Source: an uncultured Actinomycetota bacterium (GTDB lineage Bacteria; Actinomycetota; Acidimicrobiia; Spongiisociales; UBA5794). From it: a DNA stretch of 64,000 nt. Of this stretch, positions 41,892 through 52,724 are shown piece by piece; positions within the stretch are counted from its first letter, which is position 1; every line of letters begins with the position of its first letter. The stretch is from NCBI GenBank assembly GCA_963808015.1, contig CAWEEG010000057.1, forward strand, positions 10,867 through 74,866. Reading direction: 5' to 3'. The position numbers were made by a program, and so were the translations under genes. The notes under the pieces were generated by a model. The model had not been told where the DNA came from and did no database searches. It saw only the letters and a list, made by a program, of their open reading frames with translations.

Positions 41892-42947
41892 GTGGACGCG
41901 GTTCGAGCACATGTACCCTCCGAGATCGATGTCGAGGCATTCGCGGTGATCCTCGACATACGTGAGCGCGACCATTTCATCGATCAGATACCAGGTTCGA
42001 CATGGGCCGACGCTCAGGACATCGGCCGAATGGAGCGACTCATACCGGATTCGGCATCACCGGTCCTGGTCTATTGCGGCATTGGCGAGAAGTCGGCTGC
42101 GGTTGCGGACACGCTGCAACAACGCGGCTACACCGGCGTGAAATCACTTGCCGGTGGAATCCGCCGTTGGCGCTCCGAGGGCCACGCGGTCGTTGAATTC
42201 GACGGTGAGCCTCCGGATCGCTACGACCGGCATATCCGGCTCGACGGGTTCGGCCCGAACGGACAGGCCCGAATTCGTGATGCTCGAGTGCTGGTCGTCG
42301 GCGCAGGCGGACTCGGTTCGCCTGTCATCCAATACCTCGCCACCGCCGGAGTCGGGACGATCGGGATCGTGGACGGCGATCGGGTCGATGCCACCAACCT
42401 CCAACGTCAGGTGATCTTCGACGGCAATGACATCGGACTCCGAAAGGCCGAGGCGGCGCGGGCCAGAGTCCGAGAACTCAACCCCGACGTGGACGTCGTC
42501 CCAATCTCCGCGTGGCTCGACACAGGCTCAGCTCGAGAGTTAGCGAGCGACTATCAGCTCCTGATCGACGCATCCGACAACTACGCCACTCGACTCGCCG
42601 TCAACGATGCGGCCGTCGGGCTCGGCGTGCCGTTTGTCCACGGCGCCGCGATCCGTTGGGAGGGAATGGTTGCGGCGTTCGACCCACGAGTCGGCCCGTG
42701 CTATCGGTGCCTGTTCCCGGATCTCCCGGAATACGAAGAGGTGTGCAGCGATGTGGGTGTCCTCGGAGCAGTCACCGGAGTCGTCGGCTCCTTGATGGCC
42801 GTCGAGGCGATCAAGCACATCGTCGGCGCCGAAGATCGAACGGTTGATCGCCTCATCACGTACGACGCTCGGTCGTCGCGTTTCGCCGCGCTGAAGATCG
42901 AACGCTCACAAGCCTGTCCCGTACAAGGCGGGCCGTCATCGACCTAG
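41892..42947 (+). CDS. moeB: Rhodanese + ThiF/MoeB adenylyltransferase
   Basis: N-terminal rhodanese (VYCGIG, SLAGGI..W); RYDRH, GAGGLGS, NLQRQ, CYRC. Confidence 0.88.
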   Translation: MDAVRAHVPSEIDVEAFAVILDIRERDHFIDQIPGSTWADAQDIGRMERLIPDSASPVLVYCGIGEKSAAVADTLQQRGYTGVKSLAGGIRRWRSEGHAVVEFDGEPPDRYDRHIRLDGFGPNGQARIRDARVLVVGAGGLGSPVIQYLATAGVGTIGIVDGDRVDATNLQRQVIFDGNDIGLRKAEAARARVRELNPDVDVVPISAWLDTGSARELASDYQLLIDASDNYATRLAVNDAAVGLGVPFVHGAAIRWEGMVAAFDPRVGPCYRCLFPDLPEYEEVCSDVGVLGAVTGVVGSLMAVEAIKHIVGAEDRTVDRLITYDARSSRFAALKIERSQACPVQGGPSST

Positions 42948-42960
42948 AGGTTCGCGACCA

Positions 42961-43674
42961 CTAGTCAGCGATCGGGAGATGGAGTGCCTGGGACGAGGTC
43001 GGCAACTCGGCGCCGGACTCGGATACGGGAACAGCACTCGGAGGTACCCCAGCAGCCTGGTCCGGGGCGGGAGCGTCCGTCGGGGCCGTCGGTGCTTCCG
43101 CGATTGTTGTTGTCGTCGACGGAGCGGCTGGAGCGGTAACCGGCGGGCTTGTTGTGGTGGTCACAGCCGGCGGCGCCACCGTGGTCGTCGTGGTGGTAGC
43201 CGGCGCCACCGTGGTTGTGGTGGTGGTCGTTGTTTCCGGGGGTGCACCCTTCCTCATGAAGATCACCGTCACCCAGAGCACTTCGCCGTCGCTCGCGACG
43301 CCAACGCCAACGTAGTTGTAGTCGCCCAGGATGTTGGCCCGATGGCCCGAAGAGTTCATGAACGCCGAATGGAGGCTGTCCACGGACGGTCCGGCGCCGA
43401 CGTTCTCGGCCAGCGCCTCCCACCCGGATGCAACACCGCCAAGGTTGCTCGTGTGGTAGATCCGACCCGCAGCCATCATCTCAGCGCTGTGATTTCGGGC
43501 GTCGGGCACCAGATCTGAGTGCACGCTGACCGGCGGCAGACCGGCGGCAGACCGCGAGGCGTTGATCTTGGAGACGAAGTCTCCCTCGGCACCAGCTTGG
43601 GCTGGAAGAGCCATACCCACCGTCATCACCACGAGAGCAACGAGGACGATGGCCAGCTTGCGGACGGTGCGCAC
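42961..43674 (-). CDS. Secreted CAP (SCP) domain protein with Thr/Pro-rich tail
   Basis: Signal peptide; ENVG, FMNSSGHRANIL, VGVGV; poly-Thr linker. Confidence 0.88.
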   Translation of the reverse strand: MRTVRKLAIVLVALVVMTVGMALPAQAGAEGDFVSKINASRSAAGLPPVSVHSDLVPDARNHSAEMMAAGRIYHTSNLGGVASGWEALAENVGAGPSVDSLHSAFMNSSGHRANILGDYNYVGVGVASDGEVLWVTVIFMRKGAPPETTTTTTTTVAPATTTTTTVAPPAVTTTTSPPVTAPAAPSTTTTIAEAPTAPTDAPAPDQAAGVPPSAVPVSESGAELPTSSQALHLPIAD

Positions 43675-43741
43675 GGGTCCTCCCGGACACGGAGAGCATC
43701 AGACTTACCACTCTCTGTATCGGGAGGACCGTCCGCAATCT

Positions 43742-45190
43742 TTACGCTTTCGCCGCCATTTCTCGAGCAAGTTCGACCAATGTCCGCACTCCGAATCCGG
43801 TTCCGCCGGCAGATACGTAGTGCTCCGCCTTGTCCGCGCGAGCAGGACCGGCAACGTCGAGATGGACCCACGGGCGGTCTTCAACGAACTCCGACAGGAA
43901 CAAGGCTGCCGTGATCGCACCCCCGTAGCGGTCCCCGATGTTCTTGATGTCCGCAATCGTGGACTTCAACTGCTTCCGGTAGGACCGCTCGAACGGCATT
44001 GCCCACATGGGCTCGCCGCTGAACCGCGCGGCGGCCTCCACGGCGGCAACGGCCGCATCGTCGTTCCCGAAGATGGCTCCGATGCTCGGACCAAGAGCTA
44101 CCTTCGCCGCACCGGTGAGCGTCGCTATGTCGACGATCAGATCCGGCTCCGACTCGACCGCTATTCCGAGACCGTCTGCCAACACGAGCCGCCCCTCGGC
44201 GTCGGTGTTCAGCACTTCAACCGTCTTGCCCCGGTATGCCACGAAGATGTCGCCGGGTCGTTGCGCGGCGCCACCGGTCATGTTCTCCGACAGCGGAGCC
44301 ACACCGAGCACCCGAACCGGGAGGCCGAGTTCGGCGATCGCCTGCATCGCTCCGTATACGGTCGCGGCGCCGGCCATGTCCGTCTTCATGGCCTCCATCA
44401 TCGCTGCACCCTTCAGGGAGAGGCCACCTGAATCGAAGACAATGCCCTTGCCCACGTAGGCGACTGAGGCCGTGGCGTCCTCTGGTTCGTAGCGAAGGAT
44501 GACCATACGCGGAGGATTCGTCGCTCCTGAGCCGACGGCGAGCAACCCTCCGTATCCGCGTTCGGCGGCTTCGACCTCGTCGACGATTTCGACCGAGATG
44601 CGTTCGTTGAGCGTCTGAGCCCTCTCTGCGAGCACCTCGGGCGCCTGATCGACGGCCGGCTGGTTGATGAGATCTCGCGCGAGCGAGACACCGCGAGCCA
44701 CCGCTGTCGCGCTGTCGATCGCAGCCGCCGTACCGTCCGTAGCATCGAGGAGTACAAGGCGTTCATTTGACCGCACTTTCGGCTCGCTCCGATACTCGTC
44801 GTATTGGTAGGCGCCGAGCAGGTAGCCCACGGCCACTGCCTCGGCTGCCCCCGTGATATCGACGAGGTTTAGCGTCGTGCACACCGTTTGGTACGGGCCG
44901 GCGAATCGGCCGACCGTTCCGGACGCGCGCCGTAGCCCTTCGGCATCCACTTCGTCGCCGAGGCCGACGAACGCCACTTCACGGTACGGCAGGTCGCTGC
45001 CGGGTACGGAGACGAGGTCTCCGGCACCGCCGGTGAACTCGCGTGCGGCAAAGTAGTCATCGAGCCATGGCCCAAGGCGTTCGGCTGCTGCCTCCGCTCC
45101 CGGGCCCCACGTCAAGTCCGCGAACACCGGGACAACAAGGAGGTCACCCTCCCCCTCAAACATCGGTCCGCCTGGGACAACTTCGATCAT
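43742..45190 (-). CDS. pepA: Leucyl aminopeptidase (M17)
   Basis: GKGIVFDSGG, MKTDMAG, NTDAEGRL, ATLTGA. Confidence 0.95.
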   Translation of the reverse strand: MIEVVPGGPMFEGEGDLLVVPVFADLTWGPGAEAAAERLGPWLDDYFAAREFTGGAGDLVSVPGSDLPYREVAFVGLGDEVDAEGLRRASGTVGRFAGPYQTVCTTLNLVDITGAAEAVAVGYLLGAYQYDEYRSEPKVRSNERLVLLDATDGTAAAIDSATAVARGVSLARDLINQPAVDQAPEVLAERAQTLNERISVEIVDEVEAAERGYGGLLAVGSGATNPPRMVILRYEPEDATASVAYVGKGIVFDSGGLSLKGAAMMEAMKTDMAGAATVYGAMQAIAELGLPVRVLGVAPLSENMTGGAAQRPGDIFVAYRGKTVEVLNTDAEGRLVLADGLGIAVESEPDLIVDIATLTGAAKVALGPSIGAIFGNDDAAVAAVEAAARFSGEPMWAMPFERSYRKQLKSTIADIKNIGDRYGGAITAALFLSEFVEDRPWVHLDVAGPARADKAEHYVSAGGTGFGVRTLVELAREMAAKA

Positions 45191-45729
45191 GTCGATTCTC
45201 CTCGGGTTGGGGTCCACTCGCGCTCAACGGCTCGAGCGAGCATGTATAGGTAGTCGGCCAAACGATTCAAATAGGGCACGACGAGCGATTCGGGCTGATC
45301 GGCAAGGTGGCCGACGGACGCCCGCTCCGCCCGCCGCACAACGGTACACGCGACGTCCAGCGCAGCAGCGGTCGGATCCCCGCCCGGCACGACAAACTCT
45401 GTTGGCATGCCGACGTTCGTTTCGATCTCGTCGATCTGATCCTCGAGGTGTTCGATCATCGAGGCCTCGACGCAACTCACGCCGGGTTCGAGCCGATCTC
45501 GATTGGCGGGGTCGGTTGCGAGTTCAGCTGCGACTACGAAGAGAGCACGTTGGGCTCCAAGGATCGCCTGAGCCGTCTCGTCGTCGCTTTGTGCCCGAGC
45601 AACGCCGAGGAACGAGACCGCCTCATCGACGGTTCCGTACGCCTCCGGTCCCTTGGAGTTCTTCGCGACTCTCCCTCCGTAGAACAGCCCTGTTGTGCCG
45701 TCGTCTCCGCGGCGGGTGTAGATGCGCAT
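45187..45729 (-). CDS. PduO-type cob(I)alamin adenosyltransferase
   Basis: IYTRRGDDGTT, YGTVDE, VRRAER, YLNRLAD. Confidence 0.93.
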   Translation of the reverse strand: MRIYTRRGDDGTTGLFYGGRVAKNSKGPEAYGTVDEAVSFLGVARAQSDDETAQAILGAQRALFVVAAELATDPANRDRLEPGVSCVEASMIEHLEDQIDEIETNVGMPTEFVVPGGDPTAAALDVACTVVRRAERASVGHLADQPESLVVPYLNRLADYLYMLARAVEREWTPTRGEST

Positions 45730-45758
45730 CGGTGTGAGGTTAGGACGAGGTCGCCGGC

Positions 45759-46439
45759 TCAGATGCTGCCGGCGACGAGCGAACGTCCAATCGTGACAAC
45801 ACCGAAGGCCACAAGTACCGCCAGATAGGAGAGACCGGTGGCGGCCATCACGCCGGAGTAGCGAGGCTCACGAAGGGATCCCCATACCCCGAGCATGAGC
45901 ACCGCGCAGAACACAGCCAGCGCCGCGTAGACCGCGCTGTACATGGCGTCCTGTCCGGACATCGCCAGAGCCCCCGACGTGATGACGACACCTACCTCGA
46001 AGGCAAGCCCTATGGCCGCGATCGCATCAAGGGTGTTGAGTGACCACCGGGGAAGCGTCGGATCGACGAGGAACCAGTGGCCGAGCAGCATCTCGGTTGA
46101 GATTCCACCGAGGAAGAGCGTGCCGGTGATGAGCAATACGACCGCAACGGGATCGGCCTCCCAGACGGATACAGCGAAGAACCCGGCAGAGAGTGCGAAC
46201 GCGGGCGTTGCGACGTTGCGTGATCGCGCCCCAACCGCCCCGACCAGAGCCAGCACAACACCGGCCCAGGCAATCGTTCCGGCACCCGCCGCAGCGCTCA
46301 GCCCACCGATCACAGCAACAACGGCTCCGACCAGCCAGAGGTATCCCGGACCCACAACTCGCCACCAGGCGACCAAGGCTCCGCCGGCGGCGATGCCAGT
46401 GACCCAAGTGATGAGGATGAGCGCTGGGCTGAGATCCAC
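45759..46439 (-). CDS. Polytopic membrane protein
   Basis: About 7 TM helices; MLLGHWFLV and AATGLSY motifs. Confidence 0.7.
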   Translation of the reverse strand: MDLSPALILITWVTGIAAGGALVAWWRVVGPGYLWLVGAVVAVIGGLSAAAGAGTIAWAGVVLALVGAVGARSRNVATPAFALSAGFFAVSVWEADPVAVVLLITGTLFLGGISTEMLLGHWFLVDPTLPRWSLNTLDAIAAIGLAFEVGVVITSGALAMSGQDAMYSAVYAALAVFCAVLMLGVWGSLREPRYSGVMAATGLSYLAVLVAFGVVTIGRSLVAGSI

Positions 46440-46448
46440 GTCGGCCGA

Positions 46449-48404
46449 TCAGCCGCTGAACCAGTCGACGATCTGTCCGGCCACGGCCTCGGGCGTGAGG
46501 CCCAACTCCTCTGCGATCACGTCGGCCGGCGCTGACATCCCGAACCGGTCGATGCCGATGTTGAGGCCGCCGGTACCGGTGAACCGTTCCCATCCGAACG
46601 TCACACCCGCCTCGATCGAAACCGTCGGGAGGTTGACCCCAAGCACCTCGGACCGATACTCGTCGTCCTGATCGAGGAAGATCTCGATGCATGGCATCGA
46701 GACAACCCGTACCGAGATGCCACGGGTCTCGAGAAGGTCGGCTGCCTGCTCAGCGAGCGGGACTTCGGAGCCGGTCGCAAGCAGCACAACGTCGTCGCCC
46801 GGGCGTCGAACGTATGCGCCACGGGCCACGGCGTGACGGTCTGGCGGATCCTGCGGAACAGGAAGACCCTGACGGGTCAAAACGAGAGCCGTTGGATGAT
46901 CGACGCTGTTGACGGCTTGCTCCCATGCAACCGCAACCTCGGTGGGATCTGCCGGCCGCATCACACGGAGACCGGGCATCGAGCGAAGCGCAGCCAAGTG
47001 CTCGACGGGCTGGTGGGTCGGCCCGTCCTCCCCGAGGAACACCGAATCGTGTGTCCATAACCACACTGCCGGTGTTCCCATGAGTGCGCCGAGTCGCACC
47101 GCCGGGCGCATGTAGTCGGAGAAGGTCATGAACGTGGCGCCGTAGCCTCGAAGGCCACCGTGGAGTGTGATCCCGTTGGCGATCGAACCCATTGCGTGTT
47201 CGCGGATACCGAATCGAATGTTCCGACCGGCCGCATCGGTCGCTGTGAAATCGTCCGAAATCTCGATCCTGCTGTTGTTGGAAGGCGTCAGGTCTCCAGA
47301 GCCGCCGATCAGACCGGGGAACGAGGCCGCAACGTCCTGAAGTACGGCACCCGAGATCACTCGCGTGGCGACCGACGATCCCGCCTCGAATGAGGGAACG
47401 GCCACGTGGACCGGACCGGGCCGGAAGTAGGAGTCGAAGCGACGTTCCAGCGCGGGATCCTCCGCGAAAACGATGTCGCGCCGAGCGACCCAGGCCGCCC
47501 GGGCTTCGCGACCATGGTTCATGCCGCTGCGATAGAACTCGTAGACCTCATCGGGAACCTCAAATGGCGGGAGGTCCCAGTTGAGACCCTGGCGCACCAG
47601 TTCGATTTCCTCGTCACCGAGCGGTGATCCGTGGGAACCCGACGTGTCCTGCTTGTTCGGCGAACCGAAGCCAATGTGGGTCCGGCAGAGAATCAGCGAC
47701 GGCCGCGGATCCTCGTTCGCTGCGGCGATGGCAACCGCGATCGCTTCCCGGTCGTGTCCATCGATCGCGATTGTGTGCCAGCCGTAGGCGCCGAAACGTG
47801 CGGCGACGTCTTCGGTGAAGGTCAGGTCCGTGGTGCCGTCGATCGTGATGTGATTGTCGTCGTAGAGGTATGTGATCTTTCCGAGTCCGAGATGACCGGC
47901 CAGAGAAGCAGCCTCCGCCGTGACCCCTTCCATGAGGTCACCATCCGAGACGAATCCGTAGATGCGGTGGTCGACGAGATCACTCCCGAGCACGGCGCGG
48001 AGATGGGCCTCGGCCATCGCCATTCCAATACCCGTCGCAAAACCCTGCCCCAGGGGGCCGGTCGTCATTTCGATGCCGAGTTCGGGGTCGTACTCCGGAT
48101 GGCCGGCCGTGACCGACCCCAGCTGGCGGAAGTTCTTGAGATCGTTGATTGTGACGGGGAAACCCGACAGATGCAGGAGGGAATACAGGAGCATCGATCC
48201 GTGGCCGTTGGAGAGCACAAACCGGTCGCGATCGGTCCACGTTGGGTTATCGGGATCGACGATGAGGAACTGGGACCACAGGACCGCGGCGATGTCCGCC
48301 ATACCCATCGGCATCCCTGGATGGCCCGAGTTGGCTCGCTGGACTCCGTCAATCGAGAGTATCCGGAGCGCGTCCGTGGCTTGCTGTTCGACAATGCTCT
48401 GCAC
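46449..48404 (-). CDS. tkt: Transketolase
   Basis: SGHPG, RDRFVLSNGH, DGDLMEG, FGIREHAM, GEDGPTHQP. Confidence 0.97.
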   Translation of the reverse strand: MQSIVEQQATDALRILSIDGVQRANSGHPGMPMGMADIAAVLWSQFLIVDPDNPTWTDRDRFVLSNGHGSMLLYSLLHLSGFPVTINDLKNFRQLGSVTAGHPEYDPELGIEMTTGPLGQGFATGIGMAMAEAHLRAVLGSDLVDHRIYGFVSDGDLMEGVTAEAASLAGHLGLGKITYLYDDNHITIDGTTDLTFTEDVAARFGAYGWHTIAIDGHDREAIAVAIAAANEDPRPSLILCRTHIGFGSPNKQDTSGSHGSPLGDEEIELVRQGLNWDLPPFEVPDEVYEFYRSGMNHGREARAAWVARRDIVFAEDPALERRFDSYFRPGPVHVAVPSFEAGSSVATRVISGAVLQDVAASFPGLIGGSGDLTPSNNSRIEISDDFTATDAAGRNIRFGIREHAMGSIANGITLHGGLRGYGATFMTFSDYMRPAVRLGALMGTPAVWLWTHDSVFLGEDGPTHQPVEHLAALRSMPGLRVMRPADPTEVAVAWEQAVNSVDHPTALVLTRQGLPVPQDPPDRHAVARGAYVRRPGDDVVLLATGSEVPLAEQAADLLETRGISVRVVSMPCIEIFLDQDDEYRSEVLGVNLPTVSIEAGVTFGWERFTGTGGLNIGIDRFGMSAPADVIAEELGLTPEAVAGQIVDWFSG

Positions 48405-48449
48405 TACAACCTCCTGTGGTCTTGTCAGCGTACCCCGAGCTGGACTCGC

Positions 48450-49523
48450 TCAGTCAACGAATCGAATCGCTCGCGAAGAACGGTTGAGACGATCTACGCC
48501 GCCATCGGATGCAACAACGATGTCCTCGATCCGCATCCCCCAGCGGTCCGGGAGATAGATGCCGGGCTCGATGGAAAAGGCCATACCCGCTTCGATCACC
48601 TGGGTGTTGCCCTTTACGACGTAGGGCTGTTCGTGTGCGTCGAGACCGATCCCATGGCCGGTTCGGTGGATGAAGAACGCTCCGTATCCCGCCTCGTCGA
48701 TGATGGTTCGGGCTGCGGCGTCGATCGACTCTGCGGTCACGCCGGGGCGGACTGCAGCGATCGCCGCCTTCTGGGCGGAGAGAAGCACCTCGTAGGCGTC
48801 CCCAAAACCGTCTGGCGACTCTCCGACACAGTACATCCGCGTGGTATCTGAGCCGTAGCCACGGACACGGCCGCCGAAGTCGACCACAATTGCGTCGCCC
48901 GGACGGATCGTTCGGTGCGACGCTTCGTGGTGGGGTGACGCTCCGTTGGGGCCGGACGCCACGATCGCAAACGACACCGAATCGTGCCCGGCAGCGAGCG
49001 TCATGTCGGAGACGATGCGTGAGACCTCGCGTTCCGTCCGGCCGGAGAAGCGCACACCCCGAAGTTCGTCTGCGACGTGATCGACACCATGCGCCGCGTC
49101 GCGCAGAGCGGCGACCTCATCGGCCTCCTTGACCACCCGGAGCGGAGCCATGAGCGGCTCGGCGTCCACGAACGTTGCTCGGGGCAGCCGGGCTTGGAGG
49201 GCGATGAGGAACGACGCCCACATCTGGTCCCCGATCGCGATCGTCCCCTTCTCGGGGAGCATCGCAGCCATCAGTGCGTACGGGTCAGCCGTTTCGGCCC
49301 ATGGGTGTACGTCGACGAACGTCTCGACCCGCGGTGCCTCAAGCTCAGGGACGAACAATGCGACTTCGCCCTCCGCCCGGAGAACAAGTGCGGTGATCCG
49401 CTCGAGCGGGAACGCGCGATATCCGGCGAGATACGGCAGGTCGGACCCGACCGAGACAACCAACGCGTCAACTCCGTGTTCCCGCATTGCCCGCTGAGCC
49501 GCATCGATTCGGCCGGCCGTCAT
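48450..49523 (-). CDS. Xaa-Pro peptidase (M24)
   Basis: [32 protein letters not shown]. Confidence 0.93.
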   Translation of the reverse strand: MTAGRIDAAQRAMREHGVDALVVSVGSDLPYLAGYRAFPLERITALVLRAEGEVALFVPELEAPRVETFVDVHPWAETADPYALMAAMLPEKGTIAIGDQMWASFLIALQARLPRATFVDAEPLMAPLRVVKEADEVAALRDAAHGVDHVADELRGVRFSGRTEREVSRIVSDMTLAAGHDSVSFAIVASGPNGASPHHEASHRTIRPGDAIVVDFGGRVRGYGSDTTRMYCVGESPDGFGDAYEVLLSAQKAAIAAVRPGVTAESIDAAARTIIDEAGYGAFFIHRTGHGIGLDAHEQPYVVKGNTQVIEAGMAFSIEPGIYLPDRWGMRIEDIVVASDGGVDRLNRSSRAIRFVD

Positions 49524-51172
49524 CGTGCGGCCTCCAACGAGTCACGTGCGTGGTACGACGACCGCACGAGCGGCCCCGCTTCGACATGAGACAGCCCGAG
49601 CCGCCGGCCCTCGTCCGCGTAGCGCTGGAACTCGTCTGGGTGAACGTAGCGGTCGATCGGCCGATGATGAGCCGTGGGCCGGAGGTACTGACCGATGGTC
49701 ACGATGTCGACGCCGACCGCCCGAAGGTCAGCGAGCGTTCCGAACACCTCGTCCTCGGTCTCTCCCATCCCGACGATCAACCCCGATTTGACGACGCCCG
49801 CCGGATTGACCCACTTGGCTCGGGCAAGGAGTGACAGCGACCGGGCGTAGTTCGCAGCCGTGCGGATATCGCGTTGAAGACGCAGCACCGTCTCTGTGTT
49901 GTGGTTCAAGACCGCAGGTTTGGCCGCCATCACCACTTCGAGGGCCGCGAGGTCCCCCTTAAAGTCAGGGATCAGCACCTCGACCTCGCAATCGGGCAAC
50001 CGTTGCCGGATCTCCTCAATCGTGTCGGCAAAGACACTCGCTCCCCCGTCTGGGAGGTCGTCGCGATTCACCGACGTCAACACGGCGTGACGCAGCCCCA
50101 TCTGTTCGACCGCTGCGGCCGCCCTCCGGGGCTCGTCGGTATCGACGGTTCCTGGCCGGCCGGTCGTGACGTCGCAGAACGCGCACGCTCTGGTACAGGT
50201 GTCACCGAGCAGCATGAGCGTCGACGTTCCGGACTCCCAACACTCGTAGATGTTTGGACATTGGGCCTCTTCACACACGGTGTTCAGATCCATCCCGCGC
50301 ATCAGCTTCTTCAGATCCCGGAACCCCTCAGTGGAGAGATCCGCCCGAACCCGCATCCACTCCGGCTTCTCCGGTTCACCCGGGAGGACACCTCGGACGG
50401 CAATAGGGGTCTCTCCCGGTCGACGAGAGGAGAAGACACCGGCCGCGACCATCGCGTCGACGTCGTATGGGCGAGCCTGCTCGCGGCGAGCGAAGGTCCC
50501 CAGTTGAATCTCGGGCACACCTCCAAACACGTCCACAGCGTGCGGCATCAACGCCTCGACCACCGATTCCATCGGAATTGGTGCGCCAAGGATCTCAGCA
50601 AGAGACGTGACCGGCCTGCCGACGATCCCACACGGCACGATGTGGTCGAAGTACGCAAGATTGGGAGCCACGTTGATGGCGAAGCCGTGCATGGACACTC
50701 CCGACGCCACCCGCACGCCGATCGCCCCGACCTTGCCCCGGTCGGTCCAGACTCCGGTGAATCCTTCCTCCGCCCACGCGGCAACACCCAGATCCGCGAG
50801 TGTTGCGATGAGCATCGCCTCGATTCTGCGGAGATGTCCCACCGAGTCCCATCCCCCGGCAAAGGCCGGGACTCTCACGATCGGATAGCCAACCAACTGC
50901 CCCGGCCCGTGATACGTGATATCGCCACCGCGGTCGGTGAAGACCAGGTTCGCGCTGATCGAGGCAAGCTCGGATGGTTCGATCTTCAGGTTCGAACCAT
51001 CACCATTTCGTCCAACGGTGTACGTGTGCGGGTGCTCGAGCAGCAGGAGGTAGTCGTCTTCCATCCGGCCGACCGACCGCGCCTCCCAGACGGCGCGTTG
51101 GAGATCCAGCCCCTCGTTGTAGGCAACCCGCCCGAGCCACCGGACCCGGAACCGCGGATCGTCTGGGGTCAT
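49520..51172 (-). CDS. lipA: Fused octanoyltransferase LipB - lipoyl synthase LipA
   Basis: [28 protein letters not shown], then [26 protein letters not shown], all in one frame. Confidence 0.94.
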   Translation of the reverse strand: MTPDDPRFRVRWLGRVAYNEGLDLQRAVWEARSVGRMEDDYLLLLEHPHTYTVGRNGDGSNLKIEPSELASISANLVFTDRGGDITYHGPGQLVGYPIVRVPAFAGGWDSVGHLRRIEAMLIATLADLGVAAWAEEGFTGVWTDRGKVGAIGVRVASGVSMHGFAINVAPNLAYFDHIVPCGIVGRPVTSLAEILGAPIPMESVVEALMPHAVDVFGGVPEIQLGTFARREQARPYDVDAMVAAGVFSSRRPGETPIAVRGVLPGEPEKPEWMRVRADLSTEGFRDLKKLMRGMDLNTVCEEAQCPNIYECWESGTSTLMLLGDTCTRACAFCDVTTGRPGTVDTDEPRRAAAAVEQMGLRHAVLTSVNRDDLPDGGASVFADTIEEIRQRLPDCEVEVLIPDFKGDLAALEVVMAAKPAVLNHNTETVLRLQRDIRTAANYARSLSLLARAKWVNPAGVVKSGLIVGMGETEDEVFGTLADLRAVGVDIVTIGQYLRPTAHHRPIDRYVHPDEFQRYADEGRRLGLSHVEAGPLVRSSYHARDSLEAAR

Positions 51173-52684
51173 CTGAGCTCCTGGTCCCAATCCCACGTCT
51201 CGAGGTTCTTCCGGATACGGTCAAGGAAGAGAACAGCCGTTGAGCCGTCGAATGCCCGGTGATCCCAGGTGAGTCCCAGATATCCGATGTGCCGCACGGC
51301 GATCATGTCGGTTCCGTCTGGGAGTGACACAACCGCAGGCCGCTTCGCGACGGTGTCCGTCGACAGAATCGCGACGTTCGGAAGGTTGATGATCGGAGCG
51401 CTCATGAACGAGCCGAACGGCCCAGGGTTTGTGATCGTGAATGTGCTCCCGGAGATCTCGTCCGGAGTGACATCTCCGTCTCGAGTCTTGACCGCCATCG
51501 TTCGGATGTTCCGCGCAAGGCGCTTCAGCGTTTGCCCATCTGCATCGCGCACCGTCGCCACCAGCAAACCCTTGGACGCCAGGTCGACCGCGACTCCGAG
51601 ATGGACCGCCTTGTGGTCGATACGTGTCCCCGCCTCGAGGTCGAGTGAGCTGTTCACGACCGGGTAGGCCGCAAGGGCATCCATGGTCGCTCGAGCGATG
51701 AACGGCAGATAGGTAAGCGAGAATCCCTCGTCGGCCTTGAACTGCTCGCGCTGGGCACGCCTCGCCTGTTCGACTCGTTCGTAGTCGACCTCCACCGACG
51801 TCCAGACGTGCGCGGCAGTCTGTTTTGCCCGAATCATGTGTTCCGCAATGGTGCGTCTGAGCCGTGGAAGCTCTGAGACCTCTTCATCAGCACCGGTTGT
51901 GATCGTCACCGTTGTTGCGGCAGGAGCCTTCGGGGCGGGTGTCGGCGCCGTCTCGGCTAGCCGCTGCCGCTTCGACCGGCGCTGGTGGTTGAGTCGGCGC
52001 AGGTGCGGGTGCCACAGCTGCAGCCGGCGGAGGTGCCGGCGCGGCGGCCGGCTCGGACACCGGTTCCGGCTGCACTGGTGCAGGCGGAGGCGTCGCGATG
52101 TAGACCTCGATGTCCTTGCGAGTGATACGACCACCGTCACCGGAGCCGGTCACGAGATCGAGATCGACGTCGTGCTCTGCCGCGAGGCGGCGCACCACAG
52201 GAGACAACACGGCTCGACGAGAACCTGACGGAGCCGCGGCGGCGGGTTTCGGACGAGGCGCGACTGGGCTCGGTGTCGGATCCGGTGTCCCGGTGGGGCC
52301 CATTGCCGGTGTGCCGGTGGGGCCCATCGCCGCGGCCGGTGCTGATGTCTCGGCTACCGGGGCAGGGGCGGGTGCTGGGTCCGGTGCGGGCGCAGGAGCC
52401 GGCTCTGGAGCAGGCGCCGGTTCTGGAGCGGGAGCCGCAGCATCCATGGATTCGCCGATCACGGCGATTGGGGTGCCCACCTCAACGGTCTCTCCGGCGG
52501 CCACGAGAATCTCGGTGACCACACCGGACGCGGGTGACGGCATCTCCGTATCAACTTTGTCGGTGGAGATCTCAACCAGCACCTCGTCCTCCACCACGGA
52601 GTCGCCTATGTTCTTGGCCCACGAGAGAATGGTTCCCTCGGTAACCGTCTCACCAAGTTGCGGCATCGTCACGGTCAGGGACAT
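51169..52684 (-). CDS. 2-oxoacid dehydrogenase E2 dihydrolipoamide acyltransferase (indel near 51960)
   Basis: TDKVDTE lipoyl domain, [16 protein letters not shown]3-binding domain, DHRAFDG catalytic motif. Confidence 0.94.
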
Positions 52685-52724
52685 TGGTTTGTGCTCCTTC
52701 GTCTGCAGAGGTTCGTGATCATGG

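Noticed and set aside
41115-42947. Sir2 plus ThiF as an anti-phage defence system
   Set aside because: The Sir2 is a classical Zn-binding CobB deacylase and the ThiF is a rhodanese-MoeB; housekeeping context with normal GC content.
42944-42964. CTAG-N13-CTAG between the convergent moeB and CAP stops as a MITE footprint
   Set aside because: No inverted repeat beyond CTAG; chance TAG stops explain it.
52282-52440. Short repeats in E2 (MGPTGTP x2, PAPEPA) and poly-Thr in the CAP gene
   Set aside because: Ordinary flexible linker sequences.
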